Positions 52,193-62,787 of a stretch of 64,000 nucleotides of DNA are shown one piece after another; within the stretch, counting starts at the first letter, position 1, and every line of letters begins with the position of its first letter. The stretch is from positions 35,757 to 99,756 of IMG/VR virus record IMGVR_UViG_3300011008_000027; one strand, written 5' to 3'. This DNA is from a virus (Duplodnaviria; Caudoviricetes). The position numbers and the translations under genes were made by a program. A model generated the notes under the pieces. The model had not been told where the DNA came from. It ran no database searches and was given only the letters and a program-made list of their open reading frames with translations.

Positions 52193-54226
52193 TTAATCTT
52201 CTTCTATTAACGACTTAGTATATTCAGGATCTTCATCTCTATTTCTTACTCCATAGATATTCTCTAATAACATAGGATCCAAAGGAGAAATTTGTGATTT
52301 CTCATAAAGATCAGGTGATATTAAAGTCTTTCTTAAATATGAATTAGTAAGACAAATAGTAGGTGAAGGATTCCTAAATAATGCATCATTCAATCTCAAT
52401 ATCTGATAATCATCAGGATCACCTGTAGGACTAAAATCGGGTCTCTCAAGAACATTTGATTTCTTTCTTACAAGTTGTCTTAATATTATCTCATGATGTA
52501 CTGCATTATACATAATTCCTGCAGCTATCTTAAGTTCCAAGAACTTCTGAGCGATAGAAGATAATGTTTTACAACCTAGATGATCATTCTTATTAATAAG
52601 ATCCTCTATATCATTAAGAGGTTTAGAAAGTTCAACATTCTTTATCTCTGTATAGAAGAGTATTGTAGAATCATCGAATATATCAAGAGATATTGGTTTA
52701 TCCGGAGATTTTCTATATAAATTTATAAGTTCAGGAGATAAGTAGAAGTTTACTCCATTCTCCTCATATATAGAAAATATTATTTTACCTTTAGTATCTA
52801 ATATATTGATTTTAGATGTAAAATAGAATGTTTCATCTCCTGCATCTTCGACTGTTATATTATCGAATTGAATATATGCATCTTCTTCAAAGTCTTGTCT
52901 GATTGTAATTTCAGATGAAGACATCTCGAATATATTATAAAAGTCATCACATAACTGAATGAGCTGGGATGTAGTTATCTGAGAATGCTTAGATGATAGG
53001 ATTCTCTGACCATATGGTTCAGATTCTTTAGTTGAACTATAACCACCTATAGAGAATAAATCTGCATTTATATCCGATAAAGCACCATAACACGTTTTAC
53101 AAACTCCATCTTTACATGTACAAGTCATCGGAGATTTAAAACTAACAGTTTTACCTATAAGATGTTTATCCTTAGTCCAATTAAGTAATCTATAACCGCC
53201 TTCATCTACATAATATCTCTTATCAAGTAATTTAAGATATTTTTCATCCGCTATATAATAATCTATATATTCCATGGAATTACAACACTCTGTAGTTTTA
53301 CTAAGAACTGTAGGGTTAGTATTGTTATTGATTTTCTTTGAGAAGCTCCCCGGATCGCCCATTTTTGTCTTAGAAAGAACCAATGCTTTTCTTGCAGATT
53401 TAGCTTCAAGGTATTGATATGATGGTCTACTTATACCATCAACCAAAATATTACAATCAATCAGAAATGGAATCGTATTTCCATTCGGATCAGCCTTAAG
53501 ACCGATTTTTACCATTATCTCTTTAAATTGGTCTTGGGATAGGTTTTTACCGGATAAAAATAATGGTCTTAAATCATTATCACTCAATGTAAATAAATCA
53601 ACTAACCGCTCAGTTCTTTCATGAAGAATCTTTTCGATTTCGACCGGTTGTAAGCTTGAATCGATAGTACCATACATTATTTCTCCGATTTCTGGATATT
53701 GCTTTTCCATAGTGTAAATATTATATACACTCATTCCCATACCCATTATTATAGAGAAACTTGTAGATATAGCTCTCATATGATAAGCCATATCATCTAC
53801 CATTCTATTCTTTTCCCGAAGTGGAAGATCGCATATTGGAAGAAGCTTTGAATCTATATAATCCACAATGTCATTTAATGATGCCATATGGAAATTAAAG
53901 ATATGATCTTCCGAAATAGTGTCAGCGTTATCCATTTCAACAAACGCCCTCCAAAGAATCATATTAGATAAGAAATGATTCATTTGAAGTTCATACATCT
54001 TTTTACTTTTCTTACAAAGTTTGAATTTGATCATCTTATGTCTGATAAGCTCATACTCGAATCCATACTTTAGTATATCCAATATATCCTGATATACTAC
54101 CCGATACGTATCTCTTGTAGATAATACATCTTCCAATACAAGATACGACTTCGAATATTCCTCAATCAGATCTTTAAATGGTCTTTGAGGTTTACCGATA
54201 TAATCGATTTTCATATCGGCACTCAC
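52193..54226 (-). CDS. rpoC: RNA polymerase beta' C-terminal subunit (probably non-virion RNAP)
   Basis: ARKALVLSKTKMGDPGSFSKK (bridge helix), KSPMTC..VCKTCYG, GQRILSSKH (trigger loop), HHEIILRQ. Confidence 0.9.
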   Translation of the reverse strand: MSADMKIDYIGKPQRPFKDLIEEYSKSYLVLEDVLSTRDTYRVVYQDILDILKYGFEYELIRHKMIKFKLCKKSKKMYELQMNHFLSNMILWRAFVEMDNADTISEDHIFNFHMASLNDIVDYIDSKLLPICDLPLREKNRMVDDMAYHMRAISTSFSIIMGMGMSVYNIYTMEKQYPEIGEIMYGTIDSSLQPVEIEKILHERTERLVDLFTLSDNDLRPLFLSGKNLSQDQFKEIMVKIGLKADPNGNTIPFLIDCNILVDGISRPSYQYLEAKSARKALVLSKTKMGDPGSFSKKINNNTNPTVLSKTTECCNSMEYIDYYIADEKYLKLLDKRYYVDEGGYRLLNWTKDKHLIGKTVSFKSPMTCTCKDGVCKTCYGALSDINADLFSIGGYSSTKESEPYGQRILSSKHSQITTSQLIQLCDDFYNIFEMSSSEITIRQDFEEDAYIQFDNITVEDAGDETFYFTSKINILDTKGKIIFSIYEENGVNFYLSPELINLYRKSPDKPISLDIFDDSTILFYTEIKNVELSKPLNDIEDLINKNDHLGCKTLSSIAQKFLELKIAAGIMYNAVHHEIILRQLVRKKSNVLERPDFSPTGDPDDYQILRLNDALFRNPSPTICLTNSYLRKTLISPDLYEKSQISPLDPMLLENIYGVRNRDEDPEYTKSLIEED

Positions 54227-54282
54227 TCCTTTCTTAGGGTTTAATTGATTTGACGTCCTTTAAAATGATATGTATTCAAAAT

Positions 54283-54537
54283 CTACATTTCATTTTCTGT
54301 ATCAACTTCTATTTCGGGGTTTCCTATCATATCTAATAGATATAAATTCTTTTTTATTAAACCTAATAATTTAGATTTTTGTGATTCCAATTTAAAATCC
54401 GGGGCTTTGGAATTTTTAGCATCTTCAGCCTGCTGTTTCTCAATATCTTCAATATATTTCCGATGAGTTATTATTTCATTTTTATACATATTGATGTAAT
54501 ACTCTTTATCATGTATATTATTTCTCAATTGTATCAC
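54283..54537 (-). CDS. small hypothetical protein
   Basis: 84 aa; overlaps the kinase stop. Confidence 0.65.
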   Translation of the reverse strand: MIQLRNNIHDKEYYINMYKNEIITHRKYIEDIEKQQAEDAKNSKAPDFKLESQKSKLLGLIKKNLYLLDMIGNPEIEVDTENEM

Positions 54538-55381
54538 CGTCTTTCATTATGAATGGATAAGTGAAGTTAGTAACATTCATCAATTCAACTACCTCTACCA
54601 TTATATCATCAATAGTTTTAAATTTACTTGGATCATCATCATATTCAAGATCGATCCTAAATGTATTTCTAATTTGCTTATCAGTATCAATTGATTTAAG
54701 AAAATCTTTATTGGTAGATATTTCATATACTTTATTAAAAAGCTTATTATCGCTTTCAATTTTATCAAGTTTTTTATTGTTTAAATTAAGCATTTCAATA
54801 TTTTTATCAATCGATGTATGACAAAGCATAATATTTATATAATTATACTCATTCACGACTGTTGGTTTGGATGTATTAAAGAATAATCGAGCTCTATCAT
54901 TATCTGCAATATTAATTCGATTTTGATTTTGTATCGGATCATGACATATTAATGAATTCCCAAATTCCATATTTTTAAAGAATTTTACTCGATGCATATC
55001 TTCGGTACTAAATTCATATACTTCATCTTCATTACAATGCAACATTGCCAATGTATATAATACTCCAGATACCCAACTCCGATCAAATATAAATACATTA
55101 ACTGTATTATTGATATAATCATTATAAATATCTTTAAATGCAAATCGACGATCGATACAAAATGTCATATAATATGTTATGAAATCAATATCTTGTATAC
55201 CATTTTGTATTATATATTCTGCCGGACCTGCATATTTTAATCCGTAAGAAGGAAACTTATATATTTTAGGTTTAAAATTCCCTATAATTAGATTTTCGTA
55301 TAACTTTTGAACGATTGTAGTTTTACCACATCCGTCATTACCATCAATATTAATTATAAATGGTTTATTCCTGTTTATCAT
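54518..55381 (-). CDS. tmk: thymidylate/dNMP kinase
   Basis: IDGNDGCGKTT P-loop, FPSY, DRR, FDRSW. Confidence 0.85.
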   Translation of the reverse strand: MINRNKPFIINIDGNDGCGKTTIVQKLYENLIIGNFKPKIYKFPSYGLKYAGPAEYIIQNGIQDIDFITYYMTFCIDRRFAFKDIYNDYINNTVNVFIFDRSWVSGVLYTLAMLHCNEDEVYEFSTEDMHRVKFFKNMEFGNSLICHDPIQNQNRINIADNDRARLFFNTSKPTVVNEYNYINIMLCHTSIDKNIEMLNLNNKKLDKIESDNKLFNKVYEISTNKDFLKSIDTDKQIRNTFRIDLEYDDDPSKFKTIDDIMVEVVELMNVTNFTYPFIMKDGDTIEK

Positions 55382-55445
55382 AGTATTATCCTCCTTTTAA
55401 TTTATATTAAACTTATGATAAAGGTTAATTATGAGATAAAAAAAT

Positions 55446-55483
55446 AAATAGGTATTGTACTAATATTAGTACAATACCTATTT
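55446..55483. repeat. perfect 38 bp palindrome (probable terminator)
   Basis: AAATAGGTATTGTACTAAT|ATTAGTACAATACCTATTT. Confidence 0.85.
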
Positions 55484-55561
55484 GTGTACACTGTGATGTA
55501 AGAAGGATGCTCCAAACGTAACAAAAATATTTTCTCTTTACGAATATGTTGTATTGTATTA

Positions 55562-55966
55562 TTATTTTAAGAGCTGATTTAAAAATGTTTGTTTTAAACT
55601 CTTTATATTCTCTGTAAATTTATCAAATCTAGCAGCTACACCTACTGTTATTTTATTTTCTTTACTCCATTCTTTTTTAAGATCATCAAAGCTCTTCATA
55701 GTATCATAGTCCCATATTTTCGCATATACAGATAATGTAGCATTCATTTGTTTTATGTAGCTATCAATTACCTCAGTAGTTTTGCAAACAAACTTCATTT
55801 CTTCTGAGTTATATGGTTTAATCGATTTATCATTCTGATAAGTATACATAGCAGAATATAAAACTCGTTTATTTAATCCTTCTATATTTAAGCACAATTC
55901 AGATATTGATAAATAATTTATTTCATAAACTTCTTTATCATAATTATCAAAAGAAAGTTTTATCAT
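55562..55966 (-). CDS. hypothetical protein
   Basis: 134 aa; GAGGTG RBS. Confidence 0.75.
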   Translation of the reverse strand: MIKLSFDNYDKEVYEINYLSISELCLNIEGLNKRVLYSAMYTYQNDKSIKPYNSEEMKFVCKTTEVIDSYIKQMNATLSVYAKIWDYDTMKSFDDLKKEWSKENKITVGVAARFDKFTENIKSLKQTFLNQLLK

Positions 55967-56092
55967 ATTTAATCACCTCGCATATTTATAGTATTATATA
56001 AAAGGTTATCTATGACGTATTTTTTCTATTATACCAAAGCATTTTAACAAATGATATAATAGCTAAACTTAAACGAAAGGAGAGATAAGACT

Positions 56093-56932
56093 ATGAATAT
56101 AAAAGATACGAAACTTTCCGAATACATAAGTTCATTAATAGATATTCGCGATAAACTCGAAGCTAATCTTGTTAGTAACGGGTTCGAATCGACTAATTCA
56201 AATAGAGACTTAGCAACACTTACTGATTTGGCAAAAAGTTATCTCACATATTCTGCCAATATAAGAGATAGCATAAATTCATTATTAGTAAGTAAATCTA
56301 TTATTACATCCACCGTGGAATTTAATGAGTTCGAAGAAATTATAAGAACGTATATAGAAGAATCTATTAGAGTAATGAATAATGCTACTAATAATGTAAC
56401 TAAACTTGTAAATTCGACAAATCCGACTTCTACTGAAGCAATTGTAACTAATGATGAATTAAATACATTATCAGTTACTAATACAAATGCAATAAATTCA
56501 TTGATTACTCTTAAAGGTAAACTTCAAACTGCATATGGCGGATCAAGTAATAAAACATTTGAAACACTGGTAAATACAGCTGTTGACTATATAACTAATA
56601 TAAGTAATTTAACAACTACTTTTAATCAGAATCTTATCGACAGAAAAATTGTAGCATCCAATAATACACTTTCTCTTAGTGGATTAATGGATGCAGTTAT
56701 AGATAAACATGATTATGTAGAAACTACGTTAGCATCTCTTGTAGATGAAGTAGAAGGCGATTCTCTTGTTGGAAGTATAGTTCAGTTAACTGATGACTTT
56801 CAAAATGATTTAATAGATCGCGGAGTAATTCCTTCTGGGTCATCATTAACTCTAGAAGGGTTGATGGGAGCAGTAATTAGTGATTATGATAGTATAGAAT
56901 CGGAGCTCTCGAGAATTGTAAATATGAATTAA
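56093..56932 (+). CDS. helical repeat protein, possibly virion-associated
   Basis: Internal repeats LIDRKIV..LSLSGLMDAVI / LIDRGVI..LTLEGLMGAVI. Confidence 0.78.
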   Translation: MNIKDTKLSEYISSLIDIRDKLEANLVSNGFESTNSNRDLATLTDLAKSYLTYSANIRDSINSLLVSKSIITSTVEFNEFEEIIRTYIEESIRVMNNATNNVTKLVNSTNPTSTEAIVTNDELNTLSVTNTNAINSLITLKGKLQTAYGGSSNKTFETLVNTAVDYITNISNLTTTFNQNLIDRKIVASNNTLSLSGLMDAVIDKHDYVETTLASLVDEVEGDSLVGSIVQLTDDFQNDLIDRGVIPSGSSLTLEGLMGAVISDYDSIESELSRIVNMN

Positions 56933-57031
56933 TAAAATTGGTATATCAATACAAGTATCATATGTATTGATATACCAATATCTTTAATCAGATAAATATA
57001 TTAATCTTCCATTTCTTCATAGTCAATATCA

Positions 57032-57679
57032 TTAGAAAATGGGCTTTGGTTGTTTTTGAGGAGTTGGTTTATCCTTTCTAAATGGTCCTGTTACAACGTC
57101 TTTAAATTTTGCTCCACCTTTTTTAAATGTATCTTCAGCTTTATCAAAAACAGCATTAGCCTTTCCACCAATGTCAGTCATTTTATCGACTATTTTATGA
57201 GCTAAATTATCTATGTCATATCTCAATTTACTAGTTTCTTCAAAATCAAATTGTTCGTTACCATTTTCATCAGTTGTTACATTTCTTTTGTAATACGTTT
57301 TTTTGCCTTCACTGTCAGTCTGTGATACATACTTAATATCATTTTGATAATCATTGATTTTTTTACCTATAGATTTACCAAAATTTGTTTTGCTTATAAG
57401 TCTTCCTGCAGCAGCACCGGCAGCCGCCCCTCCTATAATTATTCCGGCAGCTTTAAGTATTTGACGTCCTCTATTAGTACATTCTTCCAAATCTTTGCAA
57501 TCACCATTAATGTCCTTAACTCGAGGATCATTCTTATATTTCGGATCTTTACCGAAGAGTTTTCTAAAGAAATTGGGCACCGTTTCTGTTATTAGTTTTA
57601 TTGCATCATTTTCGTTTTTTTTTGCAAGAGCTTCTAATGCATAGTTGTAACCGCCATTGAATGCTTCACTATATGTCAT
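57032..57679 (-). CDS. TYxEAFNDGY-leader family protein (short leader)
   Basis: MTYSEAFNGGYNYALE|A, TETVPNFFRKLFG, Gly-rich hydrophobic segment. Confidence 0.88.
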   Translation of the reverse strand: MTYSEAFNGGYNYALEALAKKNENDAIKLITETVPNFFRKLFGKDPKYKNDPRVKDINGDCKDLEECTNRGRQILKAAGIIIGGAAAGAAAGRLISKTNFGKSIGKKINDYQNDIKYVSQTDSEGKKTYYKRNVTTDENGNEQFDFEETSKLRYDIDNLAHKIVDKMTDIGGKANAVFDKAEDTFKKGGAKFKDVVTGPFRKDKPTPQKQPKPIF

Positions 57680-57930
57680 TATAATCACCTCATTTCCCTG
57701 CAAAATGTTAAATTAATGTTTTGTATCCTTATGACTTGATAGAATAAGATGTGATAGACGCGTGACATAATAATGAAGATGATATCATTAGAAAAATACG
57801 ATTTATAGAAAATCATAACAATAATCGGTTACCATGATTATGGTAACAGATTATCGTCTAACCCTATAACAAGTCTTATTTATAAGACTTGTTATAGGAC
57901 AAAACTAAATTAGTAATCGAGGTGATTATA

Positions 57931-58638
57931 ATGACATATAGTGAAGCATTCAATGATGGATATAGATATGCATATGAATCCATTGACGGGAAAAGTAAAC
58001 ATTCCAATATATTTCAGCGGGCAATTGCCATGCTAAAAAGTACACTTATGAAAGTTGCTAATTTTTTTAAAGAAAAAATGCCAAAATTCTTTAAAAAGGT
58101 AGAATCGATGGAAATAACCAGTAGTGAGGATAAACAAAAAATTGGATTATTTAAGAAGTTATGTGGGAAACTTAAGATTGAAGAAAAGACTGCAAAGAGA
58201 ATTCTTGTTAAAACTGGTGTAGTTGCGGGAACATTAGCTGCTCGAAAGTACTTTAGAAATAATGTTGTGGGCACAGTTAAAGATCCAGAAACTGGAGAAA
58301 CGAAGTATTATAAAGAGGCTTCGTTTATTGCACGTGATAATGCAAATAAATTAAATCTTGATATAATTCAAGTTAAAGAATGTAAGAAATCTACATATAC
58401 TATGTTAAATATTCTTCATAAGCTCTTTTTTATTGGTGAAATGTTCACTCCTATGGGATTAGTACCGGATTTAGGAGAAAGTCGTAGAACGTATAACATC
58501 GATGATGAGAGTGGTATGAAAAAAGCAAATACGAGACTGGCTAAATTAATAAAACGGGGTTATAGTAAAGGAATGTATAATGAAAAGGATATATATTCTG
58601 ATGATGATATGGGTGTATACAACTTATTTATGAAATAA
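57931..58638 (+). CDS. TYxEAFNDGY-leader family protein (short leader)
   Basis: MTYSEAFNDGYRYAYE|S, MPKFFKK, TGVVAGTLAA. Confidence 0.88.
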   Translation: MTYSEAFNDGYRYAYESIDGKSKHSNIFQRAIAMLKSTLMKVANFFKEKMPKFFKKVESMEITSSEDKQKIGLFKKLCGKLKIEEKTAKRILVKTGVVAGTLAARKYFRNNVVGTVKDPETGETKYYKEASFIARDNANKLNLDIIQVKECKKSTYTMLNILHKLFFIGEMFTPMGLVPDLGESRRTYNIDDESGMKKANTRLAKLIKRGYSKGMYNEKDIYSDDDMGVYNLFMK

Positions 58639-58774
58639 ATACGCTCGAGGCAAAGATAATGATTTAAATACTTGGTATATTAATTATCCATTGATATCAA
58701 AAGCACTTTCAACAGTTTAATTAAATTCATATACTTAAAATAGTATATGAATTTAATTATTTATATTATGATGA

Positions 58775-60034
58775 TCATAAAATTTTATCCATGTATTGCT
58801 GTAATTCCTTTAAAGCCTCTTGATCGTTTGATGTATTTATAATTTTTCTTATAAGAAGTTTAGTTCTTTTCTCAGACCACCCTTCTTCTTTAGCTTTAAT
58901 TCTGACTCTTCCTATAAAATCTTTTTTCATTTGTTGAGCATTTAATTCTGTTTGTCCACCTTCGTCATTTTTAGGTTTCGTCTCCGATGTTGTAGTACTA
59001 TTGTTATCTTCATTTTTTGTTTGTTGATTCGGCTCTGGATTACTATTGGTAGTATTCTGATCATCTGTATTTGATGCATCAGATGTATCCGAAGTATTTG
59101 AGTTATCTGCAGGAAGAGCAGGTTTCGATTGGTTGGATTTGTTATCATTATCGGTTTTTTTCTTACCAATATTTTTAACAGTGTCCTTTACTTTATCCTT
59201 TACTTTGCCTCCGAAACCCTTTACAGCATCTGCTGCGTTTTCTACTTTCCCAGTAACAATTTTGTCTATATCACGTATTCCCGAAAGTACTTTGTGCGTA
59301 CATTTCTTTAAATAAAATGCCGTACTACTAATTTCTGTAGTGCTTACGTTACCTTCACTATCTGTAACGTTTTTAACATATTTTGTTTTATTATCGTTGG
59401 AATTTGATCCCTCTACTTTGCTATACGAGGTGTTGTCAATGTAATTATTAGCTTTATTAGCTATATTTTTACCAGCTTTTGTCTTATTAAGAAACATTTT
59501 TGTTCCTGCATAACCACCAGCAAGTGCAGCCGCTCCTCCTAAAACTATTCCGACACCTTTAAGTATTTGACGTCCTCGATTGGTATGCTTTTCCAAATCT
59601 TTGCAATCACCATTAAGGTTTTTAACTCGAGGGTCATTCTTATATCTAGGATCTTTACCAAAAAGTCTTCTAAAGAAGTTCGGTATTGTTTCTGTGAGTA
59701 GTTTTATAGCTTTTTCTACAAGGGATTTTAATATACCCAGTAAACCGGACTTTTTAGGTTCGGGTTCTGGTTCCTTCTTCTTAAACAAATTTAATGCTTC
59801 TAATGCATCATAATACCCGTTATAATATGCTTCATCAATATCATAATTCTCATATGCAGAATCGTCATCTATGAAACTATCAAGATCATATAATCCTTCT
59901 TCTGCATAAGTATCATATTCATTTTCCCCAAATGAGTCAAGATCATACATATATTCTCTATCATCAATAACGTATCCAAGCTCTTCAAGAGCCTGTTCAT
60001 AACCATCATTGAATGCATCGTTATAAGTAATCAT
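58775..60034 (-). CDS. TYxEAFNDGY-leader family protein (long leader)
   Basis: Two YDLDSF units, DALE|A, PNFFRRLFG, GVGIVLGGAAALAGG. Confidence 0.9.
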   Translation of the reverse strand: MITYNDAFNDGYEQALEELGYVIDDREYMYDLDSFGENEYDTYAEEGLYDLDSFIDDDSAYENYDIDEAYYNGYYDALEALNLFKKKEPEPEPKKSGLLGILKSLVEKAIKLLTETIPNFFRRLFGKDPRYKNDPRVKNLNGDCKDLEKHTNRGRQILKGVGIVLGGAAALAGGYAGTKMFLNKTKAGKNIANKANNYIDNTSYSKVEGSNSNDNKTKYVKNVTDSEGNVSTTEISSTAFYLKKCTHKVLSGIRDIDKIVTGKVENAADAVKGFGGKVKDKVKDTVKNIGKKKTDNDNKSNQSKPALPADNSNTSDTSDASNTDDQNTTNSNPEPNQQTKNEDNNSTTTSETKPKNDEGGQTELNAQQMKKDFIGRVRIKAKEEGWSEKRTKLLIRKIINTSNDQEALKELQQYMDKIL

Positions 60035-60218
60035 AATATAATACCTCCTTTTATATTCAAAATATTGTGCTTTATAATAAAGTTGAAATTAATAATATAG
60101 TAAATGCCGAAAAATAATACTACAAAAAAGACTATTTAATCTTTTTTGTATCTCTACTTTTAATCAACTAACGGTTAACACTTTTTTAATACTTAATATG
60201 AAAGGAGTGCATAAAACC

Positions 60219-60941
60219 ATGGATTTATCTACCAAGCGTAAAAAAACAATGGAAATGTTATGCTCTGCATTAGATAAAATAGATCCTACGGGAGACAACT
60301 CCAAGAAATATAAAAATAAATTTAATAAGATGTCTGATAAAGAATTTGATTCATATATGAAGAAATTCTTATCAGATCCAAATAAATATTTTTATCTGGA
60401 AGTAATTGATTATGAAAGACCGTTAAAGATGGTAAATATTGAAGCATGTGCTAAACATCTTAATATCCCACTTTATGAGAAGGTATGCGTACCATATACT
60501 AATATGGATTTAGAAAATGCCGTAGTTTTACCTGAACCAGTTGCAGTTGGATATATACATCTAAAAACAATGGTTCAAATGTTGTTAAAGAAGAATTCAA
60601 CTGCGTTTGATATAAGTCAGAGAAATGCAAAAACGAATCAAGTTACAGGAGATTCAAAAACATCGAGAACTACCGATGTTGAATCATATTCCATGATCTC
60701 CATTCAGGCTAAAAATGCACTTAAAGAACTTCTTGGTGCTAGAGCTGATGATCAGAGAGCTAAGAATGAAATGTATAATGAAATAGCGAGTAATGGATAT
60801 GTATCTTTGGAAAATCTTGAAAGTCGACCTGAAGATAAAGTTGCATTATCAACTCTTGATGCTTATTTTGCATTAATGGGCTTTAAAACTAATCTTATTA
60901 CTGGATCGGATCAATTACGGAAACCAATTGAAAATACATAA
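60219..60941 (+). CDS. rpoB: RNA polymerase beta C-terminal subunit (probably virion RNAP)
   Basis: VAVGYIHLK, R...NQVTG, DVESYSM..A.NALKELLG.RADD (cf. GEMEVWAL..A..LQEMLT.KSDD); late promoter 60177-60188. Confidence 0.87.
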   Translation: MDLSTKRKKTMEMLCSALDKIDPTGDNSKKYKNKFNKMSDKEFDSYMKKFLSDPNKYFYLEVIDYERPLKMVNIEACAKHLNIPLYEKVCVPYTNMDLENAVVLPEPVAVGYIHLKTMVQMLLKKNSTAFDISQRNAKTNQVTGDSKTSRTTDVESYSMISIQAKNALKELLGARADDQRAKNEMYNEIASNGYVSLENLESRPEDKVALSTLDAYFALMGFKTNLITGSDQLRKPIENT

Positions 60942-60955
60942 AGGAGGTACCATAT

Positions 60956-61852
60956 ATGATTACTTATAATGAAGCATTCAATGATGGTTATGAACAGGCT
61001 CTTGAAGAAATGGGCTATGTTATTGATGATAGAGAATATGTTAGTGACGGTCTTTATGATCTTGATTCATTTATAGATGATGAATATGATACTTATGCTG
61101 AAGAAGGATTATATGATCTTGATAGTTTCATAGATGACGATTCTGCATATGAGAATTATGATATTGATGAAGCATATTATAACGGGTATTATGATGATTT
61201 CGTATATGAGAATTATGATCCCGATGAGGTATATTATGATGATTATGACTACGATAATGCAATGGAAGCATTAAAATTATTTAAGAAGAAAGATACGGCA
61301 GAGGTTTCCACTACTGAAAATGAGGGTATTGGAAGAAAAATATTAAATGGATTAAAGAATTTAGTCCAAAAGGTAGCAAAATTTCTTACTGAGACAATGC
61401 CAAACTTCTTCAAAAATCTATTCAAATCTAATCCAGATCTTAAAAATGATGAAAAAATTAAAGATTTGAATAACCAATGTAATGATCTTAATAAGAGAAA
61501 TATTAAGGCGACGACTATTCTTAAAGCATTTGGAGTTGCCCTTGGTGCAGTAGGAGTAGTATATGCCGGTGGACATGCTGTTAAATTTACTACGAAAAAC
61601 ATTGAAAAGCTAAAAGATACTACAAATGGATTATTAGATGCATTTGGTAGCGTTAAAGAAAATGTTGATAACGTTAAGCAAAATATTGCCGCAGCGCCGG
61701 GAAAGGCTAAAGACGCTTTTGTTAGCGGTGCAAGAAAGGTCAAAGAAGGAGTCAAGAAAAAAGGACCTGAACTTATTAATTCAACAAAATCAAAGGCATC
61801 CAGCTTTTTTAATGCTGCAAGTGATAGATTCAAGAATTTTGTAAAGAGGTGA
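60956..61852 (+). CDS. TYxEAFNDGY-leader family protein (longest leader)
   Basis: Two YDLDSF units, AME|A, PNFFKNLFK, AFGVALGAVGVVYAGG. Confidence 0.9.
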   Translation: MITYNEAFNDGYEQALEEMGYVIDDREYVSDGLYDLDSFIDDEYDTYAEEGLYDLDSFIDDDSAYENYDIDEAYYNGYYDDFVYENYDPDEVYYDDYDYDNAMEALKLFKKKDTAEVSTTENEGIGRKILNGLKNLVQKVAKFLTETMPNFFKNLFKSNPDLKNDEKIKDLNNQCNDLNKRNIKATTILKAFGVALGAVGVVYAGGHAVKFTTKNIEKLKDTTNGLLDAFGSVKENVDNVKQNIAAAPGKAKDAFVSGARKVKEGVKKKGPELINSTKSKASSFFNAASDRFKNFVKR

Positions 61853-61895
61853 AAGAGTAGATATTAACTATGATGACATTATTGATATAGATTAA

Positions 61896-62000
61896 ATGAA
61901 AAAATTTATGTTAAATCTTCTCTAGAAACTTTTTCTTATTGGTGATGCATTTACTCCTATGGGATTAGTAAAAGAATTTAAATCGTTATATGGACAATAA
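61896..62000 (+). pseudogene. decayed fragment homologous to the C-terminal part of 57931..58638
   Basis: MLNLL*KLFLIGDAFTPMGLV vs MLNILHKLFFIGEMFTPMGLV. Confidence 0.65.
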
Positions 62001-62065
62001 TCCATATAACGATTTAAACATTTAGTATGTGTGAATTAGTTTTAATATATTAAACAATGGTATCA

Positions 62066-62740
62066 TCAGTATCTACCTACTGTATCGGTATCTTCAACAC
62101 TCGCTGGTTCTACATGAACTACGAGGCTAGATTCTGGAATAATTTCTCTAGCGTTTTTCAGTGCTCGTTTCTCTTGCATTTTAGTTTTCATAGATTCCAT
62201 TTTAGCTTTTATAGCGCCTAATAGTTTACCACCTTTGGCGATTGCTGCACCACCAACATGTTTACCTACTTCTACTGTTTTAGCACCAAAATCACGAGCC
62301 TTACCTGCAGCAATTCCAAAGAATTTTGCTGCCTCTTTTGCTTCGGAATTAAGATCTGATGCTTCTTTATTAAGTTCTTTAACTGTTGAAGAATTTTTTG
62401 CTGCCGGATTCTTTTTAAATAAATTACTAAAGAAATTCGGGAGTGTAACTGTAAGAAATTTTCTAACAGCTTCAATTAATTTCGATGCTGCAGATTTCAA
62501 ACGTTTCCAAACACTCATATTTTGAGATTCGGTTGTATTTGCCGGTTCCTCGTTCTTCTTAAACAGATTTAATGCTTCTAATGCATCTACATATCCTTGT
62601 TCATATGCATCATCGTATGACTCATACGTAGGTACAAAACTATCAAGATCATAAAGACCTTCTTCAGCATAAGTATCATAACCCATCTTTTCGAGGGCTT
62701 GTTCATAACCATCATTGAATGCTTCATTGTAAGTAATCAT
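62066..62740 (-). CDS. TYxEAFNDGY-leader family protein
   Basis: MITYNEAFNDGYEQALE, GLYDLDSF, DALE|A, PNFFSNLFK. Confidence 0.9.
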   Translation of the reverse strand: MITYNEAFNDGYEQALEKMGYDTYAEEGLYDLDSFVPTYESYDDAYEQGYVDALEALNLFKKNEEPANTTESQNMSVWKRLKSAASKLIEAVRKFLTVTLPNFFSNLFKKNPAAKNSSTVKELNKEASDLNSEAKEAAKFFGIAAGKARDFGAKTVEVGKHVGGAAIAKGGKLLGAIKAKMESMKTKMQEKRALKNAREIIPESSLVVHVEPASVEDTDTVGRY

Positions 62741-62787
62741 AATGTAATACCTCCTGTCTAATAATAAATGAGTATATGCTTATCCAT

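Noticed and set aside
61920-61930. TAG stop-codon reassignment (in-frame TAG in the relic)
   Set aside because: Standard code gives full coding density, and several genes end in TAG (17567, 43976, 46492, 54283)
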